Source of the DNA: a virus
Direction: 5' to 3' (one strand)
Virus record (IMG/VR): IMGVR_UViG_3300044858_003017
Length of the DNA stretch: 64,000 bases
Position 1 is the stretch's first letter. Every line of letters begins with the position of its first letter. Shown here in pieces: positions 8,963 through 18,930 of the stretch. A program made the translations under genes and the position numbers. Below the pieces are notes generated by a model. That model had not been told where the DNA came from. It saw nothing but the letters and a program-made list of their open reading frames with translations, and did no database searches.

Positions 8963-10281
8963 AATGAGATAGTTTTCATTTTATCATAAATATCGCCGAC
9001 TTTACATTTTACCGGCAAATTTCCTTGTTCTAACATGTTTTTGAGCTGAGGCAAAAGATCCTTAGCTTCTGTATAATCTACATCAAATAAAATTGAGTCA
9101 TATGTATATAGAATTATACAACTATTATAATTTTGTAATAACGTTTGTACTTGCTGCAATTTTCTTACGGATACTTCGGTTTCAATGGCCTGCAAATAAT
9201 AATTAAACAATTTGAATGCGGTCATGTTTTGCACTGCATCTTTGCATATACTTCGTTTTGTTATTGGAGTTTGTATGCATCCATTCCGTTTCCATTTATC
9301 CCATAACGTGTATACAAAATCATTGACTCGTTTAAAAAATGGAATTGTCAAAAATTCAGCATCAATACCTCCATATAACAATCGAAATGTTATGGCTTTG
9401 CTTTCTGCACGTTGTTCTTCAGTTAATTCTGCGGTATCAAAATAAAATCGTCCCAAATAATCATGTATGGATGACTCTGGTAATTCATATCCAATAGCCG
9501 TAGCAATCAATCTAACGTGATATGAATCAAAGTCCATTTCAACTAATGCACCTCGTTCAAACCGACTACAAAATGCAGTTCTGGTGCCATCTTCTTTATT
9601 CATTGCCGCAAAATTGAATCCTCCAAATGCATTACTAGGTCGACCGGTCGTTGTATGATAATTGTATTGTGAATATACGCGGTCCACATGAATCAATTCT
9701 GGCATACGAAACTCTTCGGTAACTGCTAATCCTACGGATTCTATTTGCGCAAATACCTCCGGATATGTTGCATTGAATTGCAAATACGATTCTGTTAATT
9801 CTGCATTTACGCACATTGGCCATGCATAGTGACGAATCTTTTGACACATTGCCAAATGTTGCTGTAACGGAACAATGCTATTTACTGCCGGTAATGATTT
9901 ATGTCGACGCCAATAAAATTGATGTGCAGTGGTTGGATAATGCGATTCATCATATGCTTCTGAATATGTATACCACCACAACGTCTTAACATCCCATACG
10001 GCAGCATTTCCTCCCGTTTGTAGCCATTGCTTCTTGTCATGAACAAAGATATTCTCTAATGCCAAAAACTTCGGGACATGTTCAGTAAAGCCCCTTAGTT
10101 GTTCAGAATGCCGAAAAGGAATTATTCTTTCTAGATCATCTTCCGTATAAATGTATACAGCACATAACGTATTTGCTGCAACATGAATTGTAGGACTACA
10201 GAATATTGGCACTAACAACGTTTTGCGTCCTTGTATGTAACGCAATGTGCTTAGTACATCTTCTTCAGTATCCACAATCAT
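8959..10281 (-). CDS. Compact family A DNA polymerase
   Basis: TTTGRPS, motif A MDFDSYHVRL, motif B RAESKAITFRLLYG, NYYLQA, motif C YTYDSILF. Confidence 0.85.
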   Translation of the reverse strand: MIVDTEEDVLSTLRYIQGRKTLLVPIFCSPTIHVAANTLCAVYIYTEDDLERIIPFRHSEQLRGFTEHVPKFLALENIFVHDKKQWLQTGGNAAVWDVKTLWWYTYSEAYDESHYPTTAHQFYWRRHKSLPAVNSIVPLQQHLAMCQKIRHYAWPMCVNAELTESYLQFNATYPEVFAQIESVGLAVTEEFRMPELIHVDRVYSQYNYHTTTGRPSNAFGGFNFAAMNKEDGTRTAFCSRFERGALVEMDFDSYHVRLIATAIGYELPESSIHDYLGRFYFDTAELTEEQRAESKAITFRLLYGGIDAEFLTIPFFKRVNDFVYTLWDKWKRNGCIQTPITKRSICKDAVQNMTAFKLFNYYLQAIETEVSVRKLQQVQTLLQNYNSCIILYTYDSILFDVDYTEAKDLLPQLKNMLEQGNLPVKCKVGDIYDKMKTISL

Positions 10282-10287
10282 ATATGA

Positions 10288-10315
10288 ATAATAAGAAAAA
10301 AATTTAAGAATTCAA
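10288..10315 (-). promoter_or_regulatory. Sigma70-like promoter TTGAAT-N16-TATTAT, 6 nt before the polymerase ATG
   Basis: same architecture as the helicase promoter. Confidence 0.7.
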
Positions 10316-10930
10316 ACCGTTGATGTCTACTGGTACAACATAATCAGTATCTACATATAATTCTGCAGGATTTGAAAATTTCGATGATATATTAGGTATA
10401 ACATTACTAGCATTTTGTATTTGCTGTAAATTTTTTGATATAACTCCCAATGTTTTAACATTGCCATCATTAATGTCAGTTAATGTTCCAGAAACAAACC
10501 ATTTAACTGCGACAAACCGATATAAAATTGCTTCAAATCCATCTGTTACCAATTGATTATACAATGTTTGATTGATTTCTATTATCCATGTTTCATTGAT
10601 TTTTTGCACAAAATATCGATTGATATAACCTATTTTTAAGTCTGCAGGCGTTACAATTGGAATATGAGATGCAATTCGTATATTGGATAATATTTTTATA
10701 TCAGGACGAAGCTGTGAATACGCAAATGCATCTTCTTCAATTGGTTGAAATGGAATCAATGGTTTTGATAGCACGGAATTATACGTTGACTGCGTATATA
10801 CTTCTCCGGTTAAATATTTGTGATATGCTCCTTTATATTCTTGTTTAGAATCAGTTAGCATCCATTCGTTACCAAAGGTATACAAATATTCTTCAACTTC
10901 ATCTGGCTGATAATATACTTTAAGTCGCAT
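10304..10930 (-). CDS. Hypothetical protein, probably baseplate-associated
   Basis: last gene of the tail/baseplate operon, coupled to the upstream gene. Confidence 0.6.
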   Translation of the reverse strand: MRLKVYYQPDEVEEYLYTFGNEWMLTDSKQEYKGAYHKYLTGEVYTQSTYNSVLSKPLIPFQPIEEDAFAYSQLRPDIKILSNIRIASHIPIVTPADLKIGYINRYFVQKINETWIIEINQTLYNQLVTDGFEAILYRFVAVKWFVSGTLTDINDGNVKTLGVISKNLQQIQNASNVIPNISSKFSNPAELYVDTDYVVPVDINGLNS

Positions 10931-13089
10931 TACTTATCCAATTTAGGTCGCATGATGCATTTAATTTCCGTCGTCCATTGTCCGTCTTGAGCTACATTAT
11001 GCGTAATACTTATAATACTAAATACCGTATTGGCAGTATATTTTTTTGGCAATACATCAAATGTTAATACATCGCCATAACGAAATCCATTAACGCCTTC
11101 AATGGTAAATGAAACATCCCATGGGAATATAGGTGCAATTGCTGCTTGTGCTCGATCAAACTTTTTATATGGATATTGAAGATATTTTACCATAGCTTCT
11201 TTTAATTTAGCTTGTAACGTTCTATCGGTAATACTTTTTCCGTATTCTGCTTTTTGCGTTTCAAATTCTTGTAAACGTTTTGTATGAGTTTGTGCATACA
11301 ATGCTTCTGCTGCAGATAATTTTGCCGGATCATTAAATTGATACATTGCATTCATATATGGTGCAATATCATCTTCTGATACTTTATCAGGAGCTTGATT
11401 TAAAACATATGACAATGTCGCAGCACTATCTGGCAACTTTGCTGACATTTTAAAATCTTGTACGATACTACCATATGATTCTTCTTCATTTACTTTTACT
11501 TTAGCATGCATCGGAACATGATATGGTTTAACCACTGATAATGATTCTGGTTGTCCTAAGTATTTTTCATCATAAAACAATAATACCGAATCGAGCCTTG
11601 GATGCGATATTAGTTTCATTTTTATAGCTCCAGCAGTAGCATCTTCAATACTTGTACTAATTTCTTTTAATAAATCAGATATTGGATAACTTTTACTTGA
11701 GTTTTTTTCTAAGTTTTCAATAATTGTTTTAATCATTGACAAGTTTAAAAATATGCGAGGTGGAAATGCTCGATCGCTGCTTAAAAATCCAGGCCAATTG
11801 CCAAAATTAGTAGATTCAAAAAATACTTTTGTTCCATATGCTTCAGTAGACCGTTTGCGACCATTTGACGGTAATAATAAAACATCCCATGGGTTTACGG
11901 ATACTATATTTGCATAATATGAGCTATTACAAATTTCACTATCACAAACAATTTCTGGTACTGCAACTGTGTTTTTTAATTTAGATACAACGTAACGATT
12001 AATAAATTTAATTAAACGATTCAATGTTATATATCGCTGATAAGTTTTTTGGTCATTTTTTGATTCAACTCCAGTAGTTGCAAAAGCATTACCAAATAAA
12101 ATCCAATCATCTTGTTCTCCAGTAAGTACCGTAACATCGGAAGTTAATCTAGATTTGCCTTTAGCTAATGTTTCTGCTTCGCTAAACAATAAATCATAAA
12201 ATGATTTGATTCCTGAACCTGTTGGAATTAAAACAGAATTTGCATACTCATCTGGATTAGTAATTGGATTAACAGTTGCCGTGCCATCTGAATTTTCTTT
12301 TACCGTGTCTGGATCAGTTAATGCAGTCACATCTGCTAAAACATTGCTCGTTCCGCGCATCGTTAAAGTTACCGTTGCAGAATAATCAGAATTATATGAT
12401 AAATCAAATGATGTAATTAAACCTTCAAATGAAACTCGATTCATTTTGCTAATTTCTTGTAATTTTGCGGCAATGTCAATTTTAGTTCCATACAATGATT
12501 TTAATTTTTCTTCGGTAGGTAAAACATTTTCTGATAATGTAAGGCCTGTAATTACAGAATTAAGTGGATATTCAATATCAACTTTTACTTTGCGACCAGG
12601 TCGCATATATATCTCTTCAATTAAATCAATATCTCTACTAACATTTGGTACTTCTATAGTTACAGTAGCCGTATTTAATAATCCCATACTATGATCGCCT
12701 ACTGAAATATCTGCTGCTGATATATATGGTGGCCATCGATTATTATTACTAACTGCAGTCGTATCTCGTAATACTGGTGCAGGTACTTTACCAGTACCGC
12801 CTTCAAGAACCCAAGCTAATTCAGTTTTACTAATATTAAATGGCGATAAATAACCATATGGTCCAGTTGGCAAAAATTGATCATTTGTTGTATTTTCGCC
12901 AATAGAATGTTTTAAATCTGCTGCATATACATCTTTGCTATTAAATTCATATGCCGTTATTCGCACATTTGCAACTTTTGATAGCATATAATTTAAATCA
13001 GCCGTTGTTCGGCGGTGTCCGGCTAAGGCACGCGCGTTTAATTCTTGTTGCAAATTTGAATCTACCTGTGAATAAAATATTTCGCTCAT
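10930..13089 (-). CDS. Putative baseplate hub protein
   Basis: follows the LysM gene; FEGLITSFDLS and ISITHNV..GQWTTEI resemble hub OB-fold segments. Confidence 0.55.
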   Translation of the reverse strand: MSEIFYSQVDSNLQQELNARALAGHRRTTADLNYMLSKVANVRITAYEFNSKDVYAADLKHSIGENTTNDQFLPTGPYGYLSPFNISKTELAWVLEGGTGKVPAPVLRDTTAVSNNNRWPPYISAADISVGDHSMGLLNTATVTIEVPNVSRDIDLIEEIYMRPGRKVKVDIEYPLNSVITGLTLSENVLPTEEKLKSLYGTKIDIAAKLQEISKMNRVSFEGLITSFDLSYNSDYSATVTLTMRGTSNVLADVTALTDPDTVKENSDGTATVNPITNPDEYANSVLIPTGSGIKSFYDLLFSEAETLAKGKSRLTSDVTVLTGEQDDWILFGNAFATTGVESKNDQKTYQRYITLNRLIKFINRYVVSKLKNTVAVPEIVCDSEICNSSYYANIVSVNPWDVLLLPSNGRKRSTEAYGTKVFFESTNFGNWPGFLSSDRAFPPRIFLNLSMIKTIIENLEKNSSKSYPISDLLKEISTSIEDATAGAIKMKLISHPRLDSVLLFYDEKYLGQPESLSVVKPYHVPMHAKVKVNEEESYGSIVQDFKMSAKLPDSAATLSYVLNQAPDKVSEDDIAPYMNAMYQFNDPAKLSAAEALYAQTHTKRLQEFETQKAEYGKSITDRTLQAKLKEAMVKYLQYPYKKFDRAQAAIAPIFPWDVSFTIEGVNGFRYGDVLTFDVLPKKYTANTVFSIISITHNVAQDGQWTTEIKCIMRPKLDK

Positions 13090-13388
13090 CGTATATTATT
13101 TATTTGTATAGCTAATTCTTGAATGTTATCTGCAGATGGAATTCGCAATTTAGTATTTTCTGGAACCATTAATGAACCTTTACCTAAACCATTTACTGCA
13201 GCAATAAGCCACCACAGCTGCGGATCCGCATAAAAGTCATTAGCAATATTATCTAATCGATCTGATGTAGTTGTTTGAATGAATGTATCATTGTTATTAG
13301 TTTCGGGAACTGCATAAATCCATGTTTGTGCTCTACGTATGTTGCGCACATCTCGTATTTGTTTGGTTGATTGATATCTACTACTCAT
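13086..13388 (-). CDS. LysM / tail protein X-like baseplate protein
   Basis: DRLDNIANDFY.DPQLWWLIAAVN ... LRIP. Confidence 0.85.
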   Translation of the reverse strand: MSSRYQSTKQIRDVRNIRRAQTWIYAVPETNNNDTFIQTTTSDRLDNIANDFYADPQLWWLIAAVNGLGKGSLMVPENTKLRIPSADNIQELAIQINNIR

Positions 13389-15280
13389 TATAATTCCTGT
13401 TGTTGATTTGTTGCTCCTGGCGCTGCGTTACCTGTTCTTATGGGACCTTTTTTTCGGAAATCATTTAACCAACCACCCTTAGATGTTGAAGAAGCTGCAC
13501 CATTAATGTCAATATCATTTGTTGGCGCAAAGGTATAAAATGCGCCACCTTTTTGCGGCAAGTAATCAGTAATCATAGTCAATCCCATGCTAACATCAAT
13601 TTTATGTGTTACTTGCTTCATTTCCGGATCTTCTTCTATGTTAATTTCCCATGTTGTATCACTATCAACAAATGTATATGATAAACTTTCAATAACAGCT
13701 GGCTGCGAAATAAAATAATCTCCAATAGTTACTCGGATCCATGGCCCTTTTAATGCAAATGAATCTGTGGTATATTCGGGGGCAGTATATCCAGCAAGTC
13801 CATTTAATTTTCGATAAATATACTTTAATTCATCACGATCTGTTGCATATACTGTAAATCCAAGATCAACTGTACGAGAATAACCGCCGTAATGATAATT
13901 TGAATCTGCTCTACCTAATATATTTACTGGACTCCAACTTGGAGAAAATTGATCGCTTAAACTTGATAAAATTGCTCGAAATACAATTACATCATCTGGA
14001 CTATTTTGAGCGCCAGCATGTAATGATGGTCCTGTAAAAAAGAATTTTACAAAATCTTTAGTAGTTCCATACGGATTAACTCCTAAAATATCTGCAGTTT
14101 TGGCTGCAAAATTACCAAAATCTCCTGCAGTTTCTCCCGGTAACCATCTATAAATATCTTTCCATGTACGTTGTCCAAAATCAATTACTGTTACTCGGTC
14201 TCCACGAAACGGTGTAATTTTTTCAATAACATTTTTTGTTTGTGTAAGTACGCGACCAAGTTTTGCTTTACCAGTACCTAATGTTGTTAGTTTGGCTTGT
14301 GCTCGTAATTCTTTAAAGTCCCAAGTAGATGCAACATTTGAACGCATAGTAAAATCATTTCGCATTGCTGTAGGCGAATCGTGAGACCCCCATCCATAAG
14401 TTGCATCTAAATTAAATACATTATATGGTCCTATAGTAGCTGCAAGTGCTGCATATGCACCAGCAGTTGCTGTTTCAGATCGTGTTTGTGCAGAAAAACC
14501 ATCGATACGCCTGTCTAAAAGGGCTGCAGTTGTCTCACCAAACGATTTTCCTGTCAATGAAAATTTTCTAGTTCGAAAGTCAGGATATGGTACTGCAATG
14601 CCTTGTCCTCCGATTCCTATTTTATTATTTAATAAATTAAATGGAGCAGTGGCATATGTAGCATCAACAAGACCGGCTTGATTTAACAATGCATTGCTAA
14701 TTGGAGAAACTGCAGAAATTCCACTTACGCCAATTGCAGCATTTACGCCCGATCTAATTCCCGTACCAAATCCAATTTGTTTGTTTGTGTTTTGCGTTCC
14801 CGCCATTGTTTTTGAATTAACATTTGCATTTATTTCTGGAGCTTGTTGTGTACTATTTAATGGAATTAAATACCCATCGGTACCAGCAGGAGTGTATGCA
14901 TATGCTTCATATTCGGGTATTCGTGTAGGATCGGCAGAAAATTTTTGACCATATGTGCTAAATTGTGATACAATGTCGTCACTATATCCTGTTAATTTTC
15001 CTGCAGTATCATATACCGGGGCTGATTTTGATCTTCTAGTTGCATTTAACGTTGGATTTTTTCCAGTTATTAACGTTTCTTGCTCAGTGGCAATATCAAA
15101 ACTAGAATATCCATTTCCCCAAGAGTATGATGGCGTAAATTGTGCATTTGAAGTTAATGTTGGGTTTTTTCCGGCAATTAATGTTTCTTGTTCTGTAGCA
15201 ATATCAAAACTAGAAAAGCCGCCTCCCCATGCGTATGAAGGAGTAAATTGTGATTCATTACCAATGGTTGGATTAGGCAT
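13388..15280 (-). CDS. Tail tube-initiator-like baseplate protein
   Basis: FRA.LSSLSDQF.PSW...GR ... VIESLSY...TWEI; lies between TMP and the LysM gene. Confidence 0.6.
   Translation of the reverse strand: MPNPTIGNESQFTPSYAWGGGFSSFDIATEQETLIAGKNPTLTSNAQFTPSYSWGNGYSSFDIATEQETLITGKNPTLNATRRSKSAPVYDTAGKLTGYSDDIVSQFSTYGQKFSADPTRIPEYEAYAYTPAGTDGYLIPLNSTQQAPEINANVNSKTMAGTQNTNKQIGFGTGIRSGVNAAIGVSGISAVSPISNALLNQAGLVDATYATAPFNLLNNKIGIGGQGIAVPYPDFRTRKFSLTGKSFGETTAALLDRRIDGFSAQTRSETATAGAYAALAATIGPYNVFNLDATYGWGSHDSPTAMRNDFTMRSNVASTWDFKELRAQAKLTTLGTGKAKLGRVLTQTKNVIEKITPFRGDRVTVIDFGQRTWKDIYRWLPGETAGDFGNFAAKTADILGVNPYGTTKDFVKFFFTGPSLHAGAQNSPDDVIVFRAILSSLSDQFSPSWSPVNILGRADSNYHYGGYSRTVDLGFTVYATDRDELKYIYRKLNGLAGYTAPEYTTDSFALKGPWIRVTIGDYFISQPAVIESLSYTFVDSDTTWEINIEEDPEMKQVTHKIDVSMGLTMITDYLPQKGGAFYTFAPTNDIDINGAASSTSKGGWLNDFRKKGPIRTGNAAPGATNQQQEL
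15047..15274 (-). repeat. Two tandem 36-aa (108-nt) coding repeats
   Basis: NPT....x QFTPSYxWGxGxSSFDIATEQETLIxGK twice; NPT at residues 3, 39 and 75. Confidence 0.9.
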
Positions 15281-17255
15281 ATCGTCCTTTGTTCATTGAA
15301 TTACCAGAAAATGTTCTGTCGACATCAACTTTTATGTTAGCAGATTCTACTGCTTGTTTCATTTGAGCAGCCATATTAGATATTAAACGAGTCATAGTTT
15401 GTTCAAACCGAGAATCTCGTTTTTCCATCTGTGCAGCAAAACGATCAATGCCTCCAACATTGGTACCAGCTACGGTCATACCATCATTGACTTTAGTAAA
15501 TTTATCACGCGGATTAAATGTAACAAATCCATCATTTACCATAACTGCATCATTAGCACCGCCGCCGCCGGTTACGGTTACTGCACTTGAATTAACCGTC
15601 ATATTTTCAATTGGAGTGCCAGTAAATTTATCTGCAAATGATTTAATTGCATCAGCCGCAGCCGTAAATTTACCTCCGATGATTGGTATAGCTCCACCTA
15701 ACGTAGTTAATTCTGCAGCAACGCTGGTAACCGATTTATTAAGTATTGCAGCGGACCCAACTACGTTATCTACTTGATTTTGAAAATTAAAAAATGTATC
15801 TGCACCTGATTTTAATCCTTCTTTTGTTGCACCAATTGCAACTTTATAATCACTTAATGCAGTTTTAATACCGGCTATTGAATCAGTATACATTGATTTA
15901 AATGCACCTTTATCATATCCAGAAATGTTCATTTCTGCATCTTTAGTTGCAAATCTTGCAAGAATGCCTTTGGTTTCAATGTTACGAAGTGATTCGGCCA
16001 TTTTATCTTGTGTGGTACGAGTATCATCTGCTTCCATGATTTCTGCCATATCATCTCGACTAGCACCCAGATCTTGTAATTCTTTTTCTAAAGCTTCTCC
16101 AGTTAAATCGAATAATTTTTCAGCCCCCATCGATTTTAACAATTTGCGTTTTTGCACCATTTTTGCCATGGTACCTTCTTCAACGCCTAACGTTGTAGCC
16201 AATTGTTTACGTGCTAACATGTTATTTTCTAAAACATCACCTTGTGAATCCATGATTTGTTTCATGATGTCGGCTTGTTTATTCATGTCGCCTTGAATAG
16301 TAGCTTGTCTATATAAATTAGTTAAACTTTCACCTTGATTGTTGACTAAACGCTTTCCTGATAATAATTGATATTCTAATTCATTTCCTACACTTGATTC
16401 GATATTTAATAACTCATCGCCCGTTTTAGCCATTTGTTCCATGGATAAACCTAATGCTTTGGATTTCATTACTGCTAATCCTAAAGTTTTTGGCATTCTG
16501 CTATATTGCAATGAAGTTTCAGAACCAGCAGCTGCAATTTCTGCATCAATTGTACGTTGAACTCCTTTAAGTCCGGTTATTTGTTCGATAGCTTTAGCTT
16601 CATTTGCACGTAAAACTAATTGTTTTTCTAATTGTTCTGCAGTAACTTTACCAGTACTGGCAACGTCTCGGGATGCAATTCCGGCGTTCATATCCATGAT
16701 TGCTTCTGCAGCTTCTTCTGATACCCCAACAATATCCGTTAAATAACGTTGTTGTTTAATTAGTGATTGATTAAATTGGTTACCGCCTTTATCAGATACA
16801 ATAAATCCGTTAGTTAAATTTCCTAGTTGTTTAATATATTTTTCTGTTTCTTCGCGACCGAAATTCAAATCGATTGATAATGTATCAATTGCAAATCCCA
16901 TATCTTGGGCAGCATCTTCAGTAATTCCATAAGATTTAATTAATTCATTATTTCTCGCAAAAACTTTAGTAATTTGTTCTACATTATCTAAAAATCCTTT
17001 ATTTAAACCTTGTAACGTTCCAGTTAATTTATTAATACCGGTTGCTAAATTAGCAGAATCCGTTTGCATTGATAACATTGCTTGGGACTGCAGTTTAAAT
17101 ATATCAGTTATACTACCAACTTGAGATTCTAAATTTGAATATGCGCTAGATAAATCAGTTGTAAGTTGACCTGCAGCTTCGCTTATTTTTTTAGGCATAC
17201 CTAAACGAGGCTGTTGTTTAAGACGTTTAATTGTATGTAAGTAAGAGTTATGCAT
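15273..17255 (-). CDS. Tape measure protein
   Basis: long Ala/Gln-rich helical protein downstream of tube and chaperone genes; LLNIESSV..ELE.QLLSGK. Confidence 0.75.
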   Translation of the reverse strand: MHNSYLHTIKRLKQQPRLGMPKKISEAAGQLTTDLSSAYSNLESQVGSITDIFKLQSQAMLSMQTDSANLATGINKLTGTLQGLNKGFLDNVEQITKVFARNNELIKSYGITEDAAQDMGFAIDTLSIDLNFGREETEKYIKQLGNLTNGFIVSDKGGNQFNQSLIKQQRYLTDIVGVSEEAAEAIMDMNAGIASRDVASTGKVTAEQLEKQLVLRANEAKAIEQITGLKGVQRTIDAEIAAAGSETSLQYSRMPKTLGLAVMKSKALGLSMEQMAKTGDELLNIESSVGNELEYQLLSGKRLVNNQGESLTNLYRQATIQGDMNKQADIMKQIMDSQGDVLENNMLARKQLATTLGVEEGTMAKMVQKRKLLKSMGAEKLFDLTGEALEKELQDLGASRDDMAEIMEADDTRTTQDKMAESLRNIETKGILARFATKDAEMNISGYDKGAFKSMYTDSIAGIKTALSDYKVAIGATKEGLKSGADTFFNFQNQVDNVVGSAAILNKSVTSVAAELTTLGGAIPIIGGKFTAAADAIKSFADKFTGTPIENMTVNSSAVTVTGGGGANDAVMVNDGFVTFNPRDKFTKVNDGMTVAGTNVGGIDRFAAQMEKRDSRFEQTMTRLISNMAAQMKQAVESANIKVDVDRTFSGNSMNKGRYA

Positions 17256-17275
17256 ATATCAATAAATATCGTTAA

Positions 17276-17536
17276 TTACTTTTTTGAAGTCACAGGCCCG
17301 CGAGATACGTTACTTGTCGGTTTCGGATCTGGTTGCAATTTTTCATTGACTTTATTGATCCAAAATTTTCTTAAAAATATTGGCATTGTATAAACAGTAT
17401 TCCAATCCCATCGGCCTTCGCCTGCCCAAATTAAATCAAACAATATGTTATGTAATGCTTTTCGATCGGATGCATTAAAACCAAAAAAAGTTTGATCCAA
17501 TTTGAAATTTAGATTTGAAGGTGCCTCCCTGTTCAC
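17276..17536 (-). CDS. Tail chaperone C-terminal frame (gp51/GT-like), probably reached by frameshifting
   Basis: overlaps the upstream gene by 62 nt in the +1 frame; only a GTG start; WxWxxVYxMPIxLRxFW motif. Confidence 0.6.
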   Translation of the reverse strand: MNREAPSNLNFKLDQTFFGFNASDRKALHNILFDLIWAGEGRWDWNTVYTMPIFLRKFWINKVNEKLQPDPKPTSNVSRGPVTSKK

Positions 17537-18239
17537 CTTCGAATTCCAATTCTAAATTTACTCCCGGTGTATTTGCTTGAACGAATTCTCGAAAACGTTT
17601 TGCATCTCGTGCTAAAAATTCATAGCGAATAAAATTTTCAATATCCGTTGCTGATCGTGATGCATTAATTTGTTTGATTAAACCTTGTAATGCACTAGAA
17701 ATAGTTCGGTCATCGGTAATTTTTTTTGATTCTCGATTAGTTAAAAATGAAAATTTAAGTGTAAACTTATCATTTACTTGATAATCAAATTCTCCATTTT
17801 GATCGGCTTGTAATTCAAATGGCAAAAAGGTTAATTTAGTTAAATCAGCAGTCCGCTCATATGTTTTGCCAGTTTCTGGATCTGTTACTTGTACAGGATA
17901 TTCCGGACCATATGATAAAATACGAGCTTGAATAATTAATGCATCTTTATCTGCTTGTGCAATCGTGTCTGCATCAATTCCTGGCGTAATAATCAAACTT
18001 TCAATCAATTTATCTAAAACAATGCCTTCTCGTATATATGATAAATTAGTTAAAATATCTTCATCATATGCTGTCATGTATCGCATTTCAAGTTGTCCGT
18101 TTCGTAACGGGTGCGATTCGGGATAAATTTTACCTGCCGATGGCAATGAAATTATTTCTGTTGGAATTGTATTGCGCTTGGTTTGTTCGTATTGTTGCTT
18201 AGCAAGTGCAATGATGTCTTGATTTGTTACTGATTTCAT
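17475..18239 (-). CDS. Baseplate hub assembly / tail assembly chaperone (gp26-like)
   Basis: LPSAGKIYP, MRYMTAYDEDIL, ARILSYG, C-terminal FFWF; between tube and TMP. Confidence 0.75.
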   Translation of the reverse strand: MKSVTNQDIIALAKQQYEQTKRNTIPTEIISLPSAGKIYPESHPLRNGQLEMRYMTAYDEDILTNLSYIREGIVLDKLIESLIITPGIDADTIAQADKDALIIQARILSYGPEYPVQVTDPETGKTYERTADLTKLTFLPFELQADQNGEFDYQVNDKFTLKFSFLTNRESKKITDDRTISSALQGLIKQINASRSATDIENFIRYEFLARDAKRFREFVQANTPGVNLELEFEGEQGGTFKSKFQIGSNFFWF

Positions 18240-18280
18240 TAATATCCTTTATAACTTTATTATAAATATGTATGAACAAG

Positions 18281-18304
18281 AAAAATGGGGCTGTTATGCC
18301 CCAT
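18281..18304 (-). terminator. Intrinsic terminator after the tail tube gene
   Basis: ATGGGGC-ATAACA-GCCCCAT then TTTT. Confidence 0.75.
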
Positions 18305-18316
18305 AAATCATTAATA

Positions 18317-18847
18317 TTAGAAACTTAAGAATGCCCAATCGTAACGAAGAGTTAATTCAATAGTAACTACATCTTCCGTTGACCAATCCAATGATCCAAA
18401 GTTTGCATCAACAATATATGTTCCGTTTAAGATCCATTCTTCAATTACTTCACCTAATGGAGAAAGTTGTTTCAATCTTACTTCTTTTTTATAAAATGAA
18501 GAATACCCATCGCGGCCTGTTGCTGATTCATGATGTAAACGAATCCATTCCATTACTGCCTGTGCACCTGATGGAACAATTGCATCATAAAGTGATACCG
18601 AAATTGTATTCCAAACAGATTTACCTTTAACATAACGCTGTACGTTAATATGATCTAAAGTAATTTCTCCGTTTGCAATACTAGGTTTTGCTGATGCTTT
18701 AATTAAATATGCAGGAACATCGCCAATTGACATGATAAATTGATGTTGTTTTTTTGGTTCCCATGAAAATGCATTACTATAAAATCCTGCCGGGTTTTCT
18801 CCAGCATAATCCGTTAAGTTGCCATTTACTTGATCTTGTAGTGCCAT
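18317..18847 (-). CDS. Tail tube protein (gp19-like)
   Basis: EPKKQHQF, LYDAI...VMEW, WILNG, LTLRYD; directly after the sheath. Confidence 0.9.
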   Translation of the reverse strand: MALQDQVNGNLTDYAGENPAGFYSNAFSWEPKKQHQFIMSIGDVPAYLIKASAKPSIANGEITLDHINVQRYVKGKSVWNTISVSLYDAIVPSGAQAVMEWIRLHHESATGRDGYSSFYKKEVRLKQLSPLGEVIEEWILNGTYIVDANFGSLDWSTEDVVTIELTLRYDWAFLSF

Positions 18848-18883
18848 GTTTTATCCTATTGTATTTTCTTATAAATATAAGTA

Positions 18884-18917
18884 CAGTAAAAAAGGTAGAA
18901 CTTTCATCCTACCTTTT
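18884..18917 (-). terminator. Intrinsic terminator after the sheath gene
   Basis: AAAAGGTAGGAT-GAAA-GTTCTACCTTTTTT-ACTG. Confidence 0.8.
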
Positions 18918-18930
18918 AAACTATTTTTTA

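Noticed and set aside
15047-15274. 108-nt repeat pair as a DGR template/variable repeat
   Set aside because: Differences are mainly synonymous and not adenine-specific; no reverse transcriptase in the window
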